From NCBI GenBank assembly GCA_003144275.1, contig NJBF01000029.1, positions 1-32,000 of the forward strand: a stretch of 32,000 nt of DNA. Reading direction: 5' to 3'. The notes beneath the pieces are model-generated. The model was not told the DNA's origin. It searched no databases and saw nothing but the letters and a program-made list of their open reading frames with translations. Made by a program: the position numbers and the translations under genes. The DNA comes from Candidatus Heimdallarchaeota archaeon B3_Heim. Its GTDB lineage: Archaea; Asgardarchaeota; Heimdallarchaeia; Hodarchaeales; Hodarchaeaceae. Shown in pieces: positions 17,005 to 26,815 of the stretch. Each line of letters begins with the position of its first letter. The stretch's first letter is position 1.

Positions 17005-17253
17005 TATTCCAATAATAATTATTTATATTATTGTAACTTAGCTCTTTTCCTTACGTGAACGTAGATATGAGTAAGGTGTCGATTTTTCTGTTTCCTTACA
17101 AATATTGTTTTTAGAGAAAAAATTTCTAAATTGGCTGTTCCTCTCAACTCCTAAGATCTTAAGTGAGAACTTTTCTTTATGAATGGGATCTCACGAAAAA
17201 TTATAGTTGAAATTTCAATATATGAGTTTGACCACACAAAAGGAGTTAGCAAT

Positions 17254-18282
17254 ATGACTGTCAAAAAGAACAGACAATGGCTCTTAAAAAGTCGACCAGT
17301 CGGTTTAACAAAAGAATCAGATTTTGAAATGGTAGAAAACGATATTTCTGGGTTGAAAGACGGAGAGATTCTCATTCGGAATATATATCTGTCTCTTGAT
17401 CCAACAAATAGAGGATGGATGAACCCTATCAAGACATATGTTTCACCTGTCAAAACTGGTAGTGTGATGAGAGGAATCGGTATTGGAATAGTAGAAGAAA
17501 GTAAAAATTCCCGGTACTCACAAGGAACCATAGTTACAGGATTATTAGGTTGGCAAGATTATGCCAGAAGTGATGGTTCAGGATGGTTAACGATAATTCC
17601 TTCTTTACCAAATGTTCCTCTGCCTGCCTTTCTTAATCTATATGGTATGATTGGTTTAACAGCATATTTTGGTCTTTTAGAAATTGGTGAGCCGAAAGAA
17701 GGTGAAACCTTGGTTATTTCCGCAGCTGCAGGAGCTGTTGGATCGCTTGTAGGACAAATCGGTAAAATTAAAGGATGTCGTGTTATTGGTATAGCAGGTA
17801 CTGATGAGAAATGTAACTGGTTGACTAACGACTTAGGATTTGATGCAGCAATTAACTATAAATCTGAATCAGTGTTTAACCGATTGAAAGATCTATGTCC
17901 TGAAGGTATTGATATTTACTTTGCTAATGTTGGTGGTAAAATCCTTGATGCAGCCCTTGGCAATTTAAACCTAAATGCTAGAGTCATCATCTGTGGTCTC
18001 ATTTCTCAATACAATGCTACCGAAAGAATGCCTGGCCCTTACAATTTTGCGAATATATTATTAAAACGTGCCTCTGTCACAGGATTTCTAGTCACCGATT
18101 ATTTACACAGAATGATGGAAGCAATTCCTGATCTGCACTCTTGGCACACAAGTGGAAAACTTCATTACCGTGAAGAAATTGTGGATGGATTAGAAAATGC
18201 TCCAAAAACTTTTAATAAGCTATTTGACGGATCAAATAAAGGAAAACTCATTATAAAAATATTTGAGGAACCAACCACATAA
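17254..18282 (+). CDS. NADP-dependent oxidoreductase, MDR/PTGR-CurA (YncB) family
   Basis: YLSLDP..RGWM, GMIGLTAYFGL, VISAAAGAVGS, GIAG..EKC, IICGLISQYN, GLENAP, NKGK. AGGAG precedes ATG 17254. Confidence 0.92.
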   Translation: MTVKKNRQWLLKSRPVGLTKESDFEMVENDISGLKDGEILIRNIYLSLDPTNRGWMNPIKTYVSPVKTGSVMRGIGIGIVEESKNSRYSQGTIVTGLLGWQDYARSDGSGWLTIIPSLPNVPLPAFLNLYGMIGLTAYFGLLEIGEPKEGETLVISAAAGAVGSLVGQIGKIKGCRVIGIAGTDEKCNWLTNDLGFDAAINYKSESVFNRLKDLCPEGIDIYFANVGGKILDAALGNLNLNARVIICGLISQYNATERMPGPYNFANILLKRASVTGFLVTDYLHRMMEAIPDLHSWHTSGKLHYREEIVDGLENAPKTFNKLFDGSNKGKLIIKIFEEPTT

Positions 18283-18290
18283 AATGGTTG

Positions 18291-18500
18291 TCATAATAAG
18301 CGTATGTTGGAGTCAAAGGATGGAACGACTCCATCAAATTCCACAAATCCTTTTTCTTTCATAGTTTTAAGACGTAAACGGATACCTTCAAATTTATCGG
18401 CTAAAATTTCATTTAATGTCCGATAATCTAGTTCCCCACCATATTCTTGAAGAACCCGTTTAATTTCTTCATATTCTGCTTCATAGTCAATCGGTTCCAA
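18291..18500 (-). CDS. Small hypothetical protein, possibly winged-helix
   Basis: TTG start after AAGGTG; predicted helices followed by LKTMKEKGFVEF, a wHTH-like pattern. Confidence 0.6.
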   Translation of the reverse strand: MEPIDYEAEYEEIKRVLQEYGGELDYRTLNEILADKFEGIRLRLKTMKEKGFVEFDGVVPSFDSNIRLL

Positions 18501-18545
18501 CTTTTTACACCTTTATTTTTTTCACGTATTCGTGAAATTTCTCTT

Positions 18546-19553
18546 TTACAATTTTCTTGCTAGTTCAAGAATTCGCTTAACATTGGGTAATATATTATCT
18601 TCCATATGACGATTATACGGAATCGTTGTTTCGGTACCAATCCTCCCAAATTGACATTTCAATCCATTTTCCTCTGCTAATATTGCTGCAATTTCACCTG
18701 ATAGACCGAATTGTAAATAATCTTCATCAACTACAATTACACGTTTGGTTTTCGATGCAGATTTGATGATAGTCCTTGTGTCAAGAGGAGAGACCCAACG
18801 TAAATCAATGACTTCAGTTGAGAAATCTTCCTTTGCAAGTATTTCAGCTGCTTCCATGCATCTATGAACTGAAACTCCAAGACTGATAAAAGTGAGATCA
18901 GAGCCTTCACGTAAACAAATTGCTTTCCCTACTGGTAAAGGCTCCCACTTTTCGGGAACCAATCCTTGGACTCCTGCTTGAGGAACATCGAAATTTACAT
19001 TCTCTCGACCTCCAGTCCCCATATAATCGAGCCAATAATCAGCTAGTAGTTTATGCTCCAGATAGATAACAGGATGATCAGCTTCGATGGCAGAAAGCAT
19101 TAATTGTCCCGCATCTGCTGGGTTTGAAGGAACTACGACATTTAATCCAGGAATATGAGCAAGCCACCCCCATAATGATTGTTCATGTTGTCCCCCATCC
19201 CCATATCCTCCTCCACAGCTAGCTCTTACTACTAGAGGGACATTCCATTTTCCTCCTGAAAATGAATATACTTTTGATGCATGATTAAGAAGTGCATCAA
19301 TTGCGACTCCAATAAAATCAATGAGCATGATTTCTACAACTGGTCGAAGACCAGCCATGGCCGCAGTCACACCAGCTCCAAGGAAAGCGCTTTCACTGAT
19401 AGGAGTCGATTGAACTCTTTCGTTCCCAAATTGAGCTAAAATATTGACTCGAAATGTATGTAGATCTTCTCCCATGAGGAAAACATTTGGATCTTCGCTC
19501 ATAGCCTGTTTCAAGGCACTTTCTATCGCATCAGCAAAGCTCATTTTTCTCAT
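18546..19553 (-). CDS. TPP-dependent 2-oxoacid/acetoin dehydrogenase E1 beta subunit
   Basis: MGEDL, STPISESAFLG, GLRPVVEIM, GGQHEQS, IPGLNVVVPS, EVIDLRWVSPLD. Confidence 0.93.
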   Translation of the reverse strand: MRKMSFADAIESALKQAMSEDPNVFLMGEDLHTFRVNILAQFGNERVQSTPISESAFLGAGVTAAMAGLRPVVEIMLIDFIGVAIDALLNHASKVYSFSGGKWNVPLVVRASCGGGYGDGGQHEQSLWGWLAHIPGLNVVVPSNPADAGQLMLSAIEADHPVIYLEHKLLADYWLDYMGTGGRENVNFDVPQAGVQGLVPEKWEPLPVGKAICLREGSDLTFISLGVSVHRCMEAAEILAKEDFSTEVIDLRWVSPLDTRTIIKSASKTKRVIVVDEDYLQFGLSGEIAAILAEENGLKCQFGRIGTETTIPYNRHMEDNILPNVKRILELARKL

Positions 19554-20599
19554 TGTGAGACCTCCTGTTTTAAAGTATTCATTACTCCTGTAACTAGAGC
19601 ATCAACTTCTGATTGTATTGCGAGTTGTATTTGAGAGAATTGCTTTCCCAATTCTGTTTGATCCTTCTCTAATCGTTTAATTGGATCTTTAGAGTCACTT
19701 AATTGCATTCTCGATTTAGCTATCAACGAGAGTACCTTTGCAACGCTTCCAATTCTTTTATCAATTCGTCCACCTTTGTAGTGAAGTACTGATTTCGTTA
19801 AAGGACCTGTAACCGCTCCAAATTCTTTCTTAGGTGCTCGATGAAAACGGAGTAACGGATCGCCTAACAAATGTCCTTCTTTATGGGTACAATGAGCCTG
19901 TATAAAATATGGCGATTTTTTGCCACCCCGCATCCTTGGAATAGCTGTTTTTGTAGCTTGCCAGACAGCCTTAACATCCGAACCATCAATTTCACGGGCC
20001 TCAATCCCAAATCCTTGGACTCGATCTAGTAACACTCCTCCTGTGACTTCATTGGACTGCGTTGTAATAGCCCAATTATTATCTTTGCAAACAAATAGGA
20101 CAGGAAGGTTCATTGATGCGGCTAAATTTAATGATTCTAACAACATACCTTGATTCATAGCACCTTCTCCAAAAAACGCAACAGCAATATTATTCGTTTT
20201 TCTATACTTTGCTGCCAGTGCAAAACCAACTGCTGAAGGACCAGATGATCCAACTATACCTGAAGATGTTAATAATAAATCTTGACTAAATAAGTGCATA
20301 TGCCCTCCCATCCCTGAGCATAACCCCTTTGGATGTCCTAATAATTCCAGTAATAACGCTTCAGGATCAACGCCTCTCATCACAAACGGGGGAGTACTCC
20401 TATGGTCAGTGGCTATTGCATCACCAGGAATTATATGCGAAAGAATCCCAGCAATGATTGCTTCCTCCCCAATACCGAGATGCATTTCTCCAAAAATATA
20501 GCCTTCATTCCAGAGGTGAGTAATCGCTTCTTCTAGAGATCGACTGCTCAACATGGCTTCATAAAGCTCTAGTATTGTCCTTTCCTGCATAAGAATCAC
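19550..20599 (-). CDS. TPP-dependent 2-oxoacid/acetoin dehydrogenase E1 alpha subunit
   Basis: GEMHLGIGEEA, GMGGHMH, GIVG, TPP motif FFGEGAMNQG...ESLN...DNNWA. The stop overlaps the beta ATG. Start may be ATG 20590. Confidence 0.92.
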   Translation of the reverse strand: MILMQERTILELYEAMLSSRSLEEAITHLWNEGYIFGEMHLGIGEEAIIAGILSHIIPGDAIATDHRSTPPFVMRGVDPEALLLELLGHPKGLCSGMGGHMHLFSQDLLLTSSGIVGSSGPSAVGFALAAKYRKTNNIAVAFFGEGAMNQGMLLESLNLAASMNLPVLFVCKDNNWAITTQSNEVTGGVLLDRVQGFGIEAREIDGSDVKAVWQATKTAIPRMRGGKKSPYFIQAHCTHKEGHLLGDPLLRFHRAPKKEFGAVTGPLTKSVLHYKGGRIDKRIGSVAKVLSLIAKSRMQLSDSKDPIKRLEKDQTELGKQFSQIQLAIQSEVDALVTGVMNTLKQEVSQ

Positions 20600-20645
20600 T
20601 TTCTTGTGATCCTCGTATAAGATTTATTTTAACTCTTTTGTCCGT

Positions 20646-22580
20646 TCACAAGAAACTAAACAAAATTAAGGGTATTAATACGGCGCTCGCACCTACACTT
20701 GCTCCAGTCAATATGGTTACCCCTTTATCTTTCACAAGTTTAGCACCATATCGCTTATTTGCGACTATTCTTAGAATACCTCCAAGGGTGATTGGAATTG
20801 CCATATGAGGAGGAAAGAAAAATGCAAGAACTGCGCCTAAACCGAGATTTGCACCACTCATCATACCTAATAGTCCTCCCATGATCAATTCCCCAAAGTC
20901 GATCACGGCACCTATATCTCCTGATGCAAAAACTGATACAAGAGCAGCTTCGAATGGAAATGTTGGTGCTGGAAATTCAGGAGTGCCAATTCCAATTGTA
21001 GACCAAAGAATCAAGGCAAAAAATGGTGTAGTTATTGCAGCAGCAAAGTAGCCAACTAGAAATGTCTTTAAAACAAACTTTTCATCGGTTTTTGTTAATT
21101 GAGCTAATTTAAAATGATTTACCAAAGTTCTACCTTCACGAATTTCGGGTACGGGGGAAGCGATAAAGGGTGTATAGCTGTTTCGTATTCCGACTAGATA
21201 AATTGGCAATAAATCGAATATAAATGGAGGAGAAATGGATGTTGAAGATTTTGCAGAGCTAGAAATAGACAGGTAGAATGTTACACCAGAACCTATTCCC
21301 ATAATCCAAAAAACAACTATAAATGTTACAAATAAATTATCTCCAAGAATTCTAAATTGATATACAAATCCAAAACAGAAAATGAATAAAACCATATAGA
21401 GGAGTATAAAATTCATATTTCTTAAGGAAAAAATCCTTTTCCTATTGGTGACGTTTTGGTGAACATTATTTTTCGCATTACTAGCCTCACTGGATGAATT
21501 AGCATCAGTGACAATATTTTTTTCATTCTCTGATGCTTTTTTTCTGTTAGTTTCAGTTTTGATTACCTTAGCATAAATTTTTCTGATAATAGAATAGAAA
21601 ATACCAGACAGAATTAGAGCACCAAGGAGAAAACCTATTGTAAACGATAAGTAAACGTCTTCTAAGCCAGATACAAAAAACGCATAGAATTCTGTTCCTT
21701 TAGGATATTTATTTAATAAGAGGGGTCCCAAGACAGGTCCATAGATGCAAACTGAAGTAATACCAGCTGAAAATGTCATTTTCGGACGATCAATAATAAA
21801 CCCAACTGAGAATAAAGCAACACCTATTATACCTAATGATAATCCAAGGATCCATCCATTCTGAGGTTGAGAAATGTCAATGTAACTAAAACCAAGGACT
21901 AATGTCAATGTATTGAAAACAAACCCAATTGAAGCAGATTTAATAAATAAAGGTAGTTTTTCGGTTTGTTCAGTTAAAACATTTATTACTTCAGTCTGTA
22001 TTATTTGATCTGGGAATGGATATTCTTTATCATCATTTATGAACTTATTTTTCAAAAACAATCCAAGAAGGATTCCCATCACACCTGGAACAAGCATTAA
22101 GAACCAGTGTACTAGGATTGGTTGTATCCATGCATCGCTAAATACGATTGTATCATTAATTATGTCATCTCCAGGGAGTAACCATGCAGGACGGTCAAAC
22201 CCAAAATCCGCGATACCATCGGCGTTTAGAGCTAACCAAATTAAAAACAGAAGTGTGCGACTGGCTTCAGCAGATAAACTGGCTCCAAATGCGATAGCTA
22301 TTAATGTGAGATTTGAACGTTTATCAATTCCTTTTTTACCTAGAATGAATTTTCCCAGTAAGAGGGCGAAAATACTACCTAAACCAATTGAGATAAATCC
22401 CATTGATATTGAAAGGTACAAATTTATGAAGTTAAAAAATAATCCGAAAGGCACAGCAATCATCAGGACATATTTTAAATCTACACTTTGACCATCTTGG
22501 TGCTCATCTTGACTTTTCTTGAGCTCTACAGACGTATTCATGATGAACGCAGGGTTGTTTAGATAATTTAAATAGTACAT
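20646..22580 (-). CDS. OPT-family oligopeptide transporter-like membrane protein
   Basis: About 16 hydrophobic segments, FPDQ..Q.EV.., F.APTFPFEAALV, LG.GAVLAFFFPP and ITILTGASVG patterns. Start may be ATG 22541. Confidence 0.65.
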   Translation of the reverse strand: MYYLNYLNNPAFIMNTSVELKKSQDEHQDGQSVDLKYVLMIAVPFGLFFNFINLYLSISMGFISIGLGSIFALLLGKFILGKKGIDKRSNLTLIAIAFGASLSAEASRTLLFLIWLALNADGIADFGFDRPAWLLPGDDIINDTIVFSDAWIQPILVHWFLMLVPGVMGILLGLFLKNKFINDDKEYPFPDQIIQTEVINVLTEQTEKLPLFIKSASIGFVFNTLTLVLGFSYIDISQPQNGWILGLSLGIIGVALFSVGFIIDRPKMTFSAGITSVCIYGPVLGPLLLNKYPKGTEFYAFFVSGLEDVYLSFTIGFLLGALILSGIFYSIIRKIYAKVIKTETNRKKASENEKNIVTDANSSSEASNAKNNVHQNVTNRKRIFSLRNMNFILLYMVLFIFCFGFVYQFRILGDNLFVTFIVVFWIMGIGSGVTFYLSISSSAKSSTSISPPFIFDLLPIYLVGIRNSYTPFIASPVPEIREGRTLVNHFKLAQLTKTDEKFVLKTFLVGYFAAAITTPFFALILWSTIGIGTPEFPAPTFPFEAALVSVFASGDIGAVIDFGELIMGGLLGMMSGANLGLGAVLAFFFPPHMAIPITLGGILRIVANKRYGAKLVKDKGVTILTGASVGASAVLIPLILFSFL

Positions 22581-22746
22581 GAAACTGGTAATAAACTACA
22601 TTTTCACATATGAACTATAGAATATTTTTTGAATTCCAAAATCTATGAGTCCCAAATTCGAAAAAAATTTTTACTCTTTTAGATATCGTAGGTAAATTAT
22701 CATCAACTAGTGAACACTACATCTAAATAATGAGAAGTGATTGTTT

Positions 22747-23301
22747 ATGACAAAGAATGGGAACACATCAATAGCTACTCTGGGTGGTGGATGCTTTTGG
22801 TGTTTAGAAGCAGTTTTTTCTGAAATACAAGGAGTTTATAAGGTAATTTCTGGTTATTCAGGTGGAAAAGTAACCAACCCTTCATACAAACAAGTATGTT
22901 CTGGTAAAACTGGCCATGCTGAGGTTGTACAAATCAGTTTTGATACAAAGCTTGTTTCTTTTGACGAACTTTTAGAGATATTCTTCACTATCCATGATCC
23001 AACACAACTTAATAAACAAGGGAATGATATAGGTTCTCAATACAGATCAGTTATTTTCTATCATTCTGAGGAACAAAGAGAGGAGGCTGCTTTTGCAATC
23101 AAGGTGTTAGAACAAAAAAACATTTGGAAAAAACCAATTGTGACAGAATTGACTCCACAAGAGATATTCTATCCAGCAGAGGATTATCATCAAAATTACT
23201 TCATGAATAATCCCACTCATTCATATTGTACCTTTGTTATCTCATCAAAAATATCAAAGATTCAACAGAAATTTAGCCACAAACTTAAAATTAATAAGTA
23301 A
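22747..23301 (+). CDS. msrA: Peptide-methionine (S)-S-oxide reductase
   Basis: [37 protein letters not shown]. The track start is TTG 22741. Confidence 0.96.
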   Translation: MTKNGNTSIATLGGGCFWCLEAVFSEIQGVYKVISGYSGGKVTNPSYKQVCSGKTGHAEVVQISFDTKLVSFDELLEIFFTIHDPTQLNKQGNDIGSQYRSVIFYHSEEQREEAAFAIKVLEQKNIWKKPIVTELTPQEIFYPAEDYHQNYFMNNPTHSYCTFVISSKISKIQQKFSHKLKINK

Positions 23302-23335
23302 ACTATAATCGATTAAGTATCTCGAAGGTTTAGGT

Positions 23336-24154
23336 ATGAAGGACTATATAGAAGCAAATAGAAAACGGTGGAATGAATTAGCGGACGTTCATTTCAAAAG
23401 TGAATATTACAATGTTGAGAAGTTCCGGGAAGGAGGTGTTTCTATTAGTGGTCTAGAAGTTAAGGAAGTTGGGGATGTAAATGGAAAAAATTTATTACAT
23501 TTACAATGCCACTTTGGTAAGGATTCACTTTCATGGGCAAGATTGGGAGCCCAGGTAACAGGTGTTGATTTTTCTGGCAAAGCAATCGAATTAGCAACAC
23601 AGTTAAGTAAGGAGGTCGGAATTAATGCGACTTTCATTCAGTCAGAAATTGAAAACTTAGATCAGTCTGAACTACCTGCAAATTCTTTTGATATTGTATT
23701 TACAAGTCACGGAGCGATTTACTGGCTTCCTGAATTGAAAAAATGGGCACAGCAAATCGTGTATTATTTGAAGCCAGGAGGGTTTTTCTATATTGCAGAA
23801 GGTCATCCAATGGCCATGATTTTTGATGATGAAAATGAAGACGATTTCAAGGTACTCTACCCCTATTTTCATCTCGCAGAACCCTTAGAATTCGATTATG
23901 ATGAGTCATATGCAAGTGGAGATGTAAAAATAAAAAACACGAAAGAATATGGGTGGGTACATGACCTGGGTTATATTGTTAATAACCTGATAGATGCAGG
24001 ATTACGAATTGATTTTATAAATGAGTATCCTTTTGTCTCATGGAAGATGTTTCCTTTTCTAGAGGAGAGAGAGGGATGGTGGTATCTACCTGAAAAATAT
24101 CAGAAAATTCCCCTAACTTTCACCTTAAAGGCCACGAAAGAAGAAATAAAATAA
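23336..24154 (+). CDS. Class I SAM-dependent methyltransferase
   Basis: LLHLQCHFG.D.LSWARLGAQVTGVDFS, FDIVFTSHG, LKPGG. Confidence 0.9.
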   Translation: MKDYIEANRKRWNELADVHFKSEYYNVEKFREGGVSISGLEVKEVGDVNGKNLLHLQCHFGKDSLSWARLGAQVTGVDFSGKAIELATQLSKEVGINATFIQSEIENLDQSELPANSFDIVFTSHGAIYWLPELKKWAQQIVYYLKPGGFFYIAEGHPMAMIFDDENEDDFKVLYPYFHLAEPLEFDYDESYASGDVKIKNTKEYGWVHDLGYIVNNLIDAGLRIDFINEYPFVSWKMFPFLEEREGWWYLPEKYQKIPLTFTLKATKEEIK

Positions 24155-24211
24155 ACTTAAGATCAGTTTAAAGGTTTTTTTTCTCAAAGAATTAAGAATT
24201 GTAACGAATAA

Positions 24212-24607
24212 CTAGGTTTTAGTGATCTTCCTCAGGGTTGAAAGAAGTTTTGTTCTGTCAAAAAATACTTCATTTCTTGTTATCTTGCCCTTCTTCATTT
24301 CAACGATGTCCATTCCATACTCTAGCACCTCTTCTTCACCTACAGGTATTCTTGCTTTCAATTTTACGATAAATCCCTTAAGAGTCAGATACAATTCCTC
24401 TTCCTCCCATCTCCAATTTGGATTAGATGCTAACAATTTCTTAAAATACGGTAAAATTTCTCTATGACCTTTTAACCCATGTTTATTTGCAGGATCTTGA
24501 TAGTAAGCATGTTCATCATAGAATTTAATTAATTCAGCAGGATTATTGCCAGTCCAAGCACTAAGCCAATCTTTACAATAAGTTTCTATATCTTGATCAA
24601 TATTCAA
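24212..24607 (-). CDS. SnoaL-like/NTF2-family protein
   Basis: WLSAW...FYDEHAYYQDP...GHREI..YF, GMDIVE...GKITRNEVFFD. Confidence 0.8.
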   Translation of the reverse strand: MNIDQDIETYCKDWLSAWTGNNPAELIKFYDEHAYYQDPANKHGLKGHREILPYFKKLLASNPNWRWEEEELYLTLKGFIVKLKARIPVGEEEVLEYGMDIVEMKKGKITRNEVFFDRTKLLSTLRKITKT

Positions 24608-24729
24608 TTTAAATCCACACGACTAAAGATCAGATTTTTCCTTATAGAATTTTTTATCCAACCTCGTTTTATCTTTCATTTTAGGAGAGAGCTAGCTATG
24701 AGATCTCAAACTAATAAAACAATTTCGAA

Positions 24730-25125
24730 TTACTTGTCTTCGAACTTTAGAGAAAGGGAATTGATACAATAACGTAATCCCCCCATTTCTTTGGGACCAT
24801 CTTCAAAGACGTGACCTAAATGGCCTCCACATTTTTTGCACAATACTTCAGTGCGATTCATCTCATGACTAGTATCACTTTTTTCATCAATAACATCATC
24901 TAAGGAATTAGAGAAGCTTGGCCAACCACAATTTGACTCAAATTTGGTATCAGAAGAGAATAATATGGTTTCACAACCTGCACAACGATAATGGCCAAGT
25001 TTAAAATGATTCCAAAACTCTCCACTAAAGGCTTGTTCGGTACCCTTTTCTCTTAGGATGTGAAAACGTTTAAGCGATAGTTTTTCTCGCCATTCTTTCT
25101 CTGAATGGGTAACTTTGTCCTTCAT
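24730..25125 (-). CDS. msrB: Peptide-methionine (R)-S-oxide reductase
   Basis: LREKGTE.AF, CAGC, KFES.CGWPSF, RTEVLC..CGGHLGHVF.DGP, RYCINS. Confidence 0.96.
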   Translation of the reverse strand: MKDKVTHSEKEWREKLSLKRFHILREKGTEQAFSGEFWNHFKLGHYRCAGCETILFSSDTKFESNCGWPSFSNSLDDVIDEKSDTSHEMNRTEVLCKKCGGHLGHVFEDGPKEMGGLRYCINSLSLKFEDK

Positions 25126-25203
25126 TTGAAATTAGATTATTATGGCAAAGAGTATGTACTATTCGATATTATTCTCGAAGAAAGGTGATTTAGCAGTTTT
25201 TAT

Positions 25204-25761
25204 TTATACTTCTAATTCAATAATATATTCTAAAATATCTTTGATATTCAACACTCGCAAAGGATCTCCCTCTATAATGGCATATGTATACCCGCCGACT
25301 TCCATCATATGAAGGGCATCTGCTACACAGTCATTTGAGCTCAAAATTTCAGGATTCTGTAACATTGCCTCTGCTATAGGTCTATCAATATTAATAGGTG
25401 AGTCCCCACATACTCGTTTGAGTAAAGATCGTTCTGTAAAGATTCCTTTGATTATGTTGTCTTCCATGATAACAACGGAGCATTTTTGATTCTTAAGCAT
25501 TAATTCTATTACTTCGCGTATCATCATCGCGGGAGGTACTTTAATTGCTATTGATTTTTCTTTACAAATTTGATCTAGCGTATCTTTCATGATTGCTCGT
25601 TCTATTTTGGATTCTGTTACTGGTTTAAGCTCCTCAAAAAAAATCAAATCAATATTACAGTTTTCACAAACTGATATTCCAGGTAAATTATTGAAGCCAC
25701 AGGCTGGACAGATCATCTTGGTTTCTTCCGTTTCCGTATTATTGTATAGAATTCTATTCAT
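25204..25761 (-). CDS. Zinc-ribbon plus CBS-pair protein
   Basis: CPACG..N...CENC followed by a CBS pair (GIFTERSLL). Confidence 0.8.
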   Translation of the reverse strand: MNRILYNNTETEETKMICPACGFNNLPGISVCENCNIDLIFFEELKPVTESKIERAIMKDTLDQICKEKSIAIKVPPAMMIREVIELMLKNQKCSVVIMEDNIIKGIFTERSLLKRVCGDSPINIDRPIAEAMLQNPEILSSNDCVADALHMMEVGGYTYAIIEGDPLRVLNIKDILEYIIELEV

Positions 25762-25780
25762 CTTTAAGATATTAGCAAGA

Positions 25781-26815
25781 TCATGTTACCGTCCAATTTT
25801 CTTCCCCGTTAATGATTTCCTGTAACGGTTTTGTGACGGCTTGTTTTGCTTCTTCCATTTGATTGTCAAGTAAATCATTGTAAGTCGGTTTCTGAATTGC
25901 TCTAAAAATACCTATCGGTTCAGGAAATTCAGGATAACGCATTCGTGATAAGAAGAATGCAAGGGTCGATTCCTGTGCATTTTCATCATGGTGTAATAAA
26001 TCTGTTTCATCAAATCCCGCCTGTTTATAATTAATCACTTTAGGGGTTAAGCCATGCAAAAAAATTCCTTTTTCTTGATCTCGACCAAATTTCATGGGGT
26101 TTCCATGCTCTAATTCAAAAATATTATCATATCGCATTTCTTTATCAGTGGCATAGCGAAAAGCTCCATCATTAAAGATAACACAATTTTGATAAATTTC
26201 AACAAAACTGACCCCACGATGTTCTGCCGCACGACGAAGAACTTGTTGCATATGGTCAGGATATTGAAAAATAGTCCTTGCAATGAAAGTCGCTTCCGCA
26301 CCTAAAGCCCAAGAAATTGGATTAACAGGATAATCTATTGACCCTGTAGGAGAGGATTTTGTCCGTTTTGATTGTTTGGTTGTGGGGGAGTATTGGCCTT
26401 TGGTGAGACCATAGATTTGATTATTAAATAGAAGGATTTTAATATCCACATTTCTCCGGATTGCATGCATTAGGTGATTCCCCCCAATCGAAAGTCCATC
26501 ACCATCACCAGTTACGACCCATACTGACAGATCGGGTCTACTACATTTGAGACCAGTGGCAATTGTGGGAGCTCTCCCGTGAATTGTATGCATCCCATAA
26601 GTATCCAGATAGTACGGAAATCTGCTACTACAACCAATCCCACTGACCACCACAAATTTTTCTTTAGGAATCCCTAGTGTCGGGAGTACACGTTTTAAGT
26701 TTGCAAGTATTGCATAATCTCCACAACCAGGGCACCATCGAACGTCAAATCCTGAGTCAAAATCCTTAGGTGATAACACTGATGACGGTGTAAGTGTATT
26801 TTCTTCATTAGTCAT
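25781..26815 (-). CDS. korB: 2-oxoacid:ferredoxin oxidoreductase beta subunit
   Basis: WCPGCGD, SGIGCSSR, HTIHGRA, GDGDGLSIGGNH, YGLTKGQYSPT, QNCVIFN. ATG 26815 overlaps the korA end. Confidence 0.95.
   Translation of the reverse strand: MTNEENTLTPSSVLSPKDFDSGFDVRWCPGCGDYAILANLKRVLPTLGIPKEKFVVVSGIGCSSRFPYYLDTYGMHTIHGRAPTIATGLKCSRPDLSVWVVTGDGDGLSIGGNHLMHAIRRNVDIKILLFNNQIYGLTKGQYSPTTKQSKRTKSSPTGSIDYPVNPISWALGAEATFIARTIFQYPDHMQQVLRRAAEHRGVSFVEIYQNCVIFNDGAFRYATDKEMRYDNIFELEHGNPMKFGRDQEKGIFLHGLTPKVINYKQAGFDETDLLHHDENAQESTLAFFLSRMRYPEFPEPIGIFRAIQKPTYNDLLDNQMEEAKQAVTKPLQEIINGEENWTVT

Noticed and set aside
15866-22491. Longer antisense ORFs 15866-16552, 17151-17531, 19920-20153 and 22039-22491
   Set aside because: Fully overlap well-supported genes on the opposite strand and carry no motifs.
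22624-22668. Imperfect inverted repeat in the OPT/msrA divergent promoter
   Set aside because: Mostly A/T runs; expected by chance at this composition.
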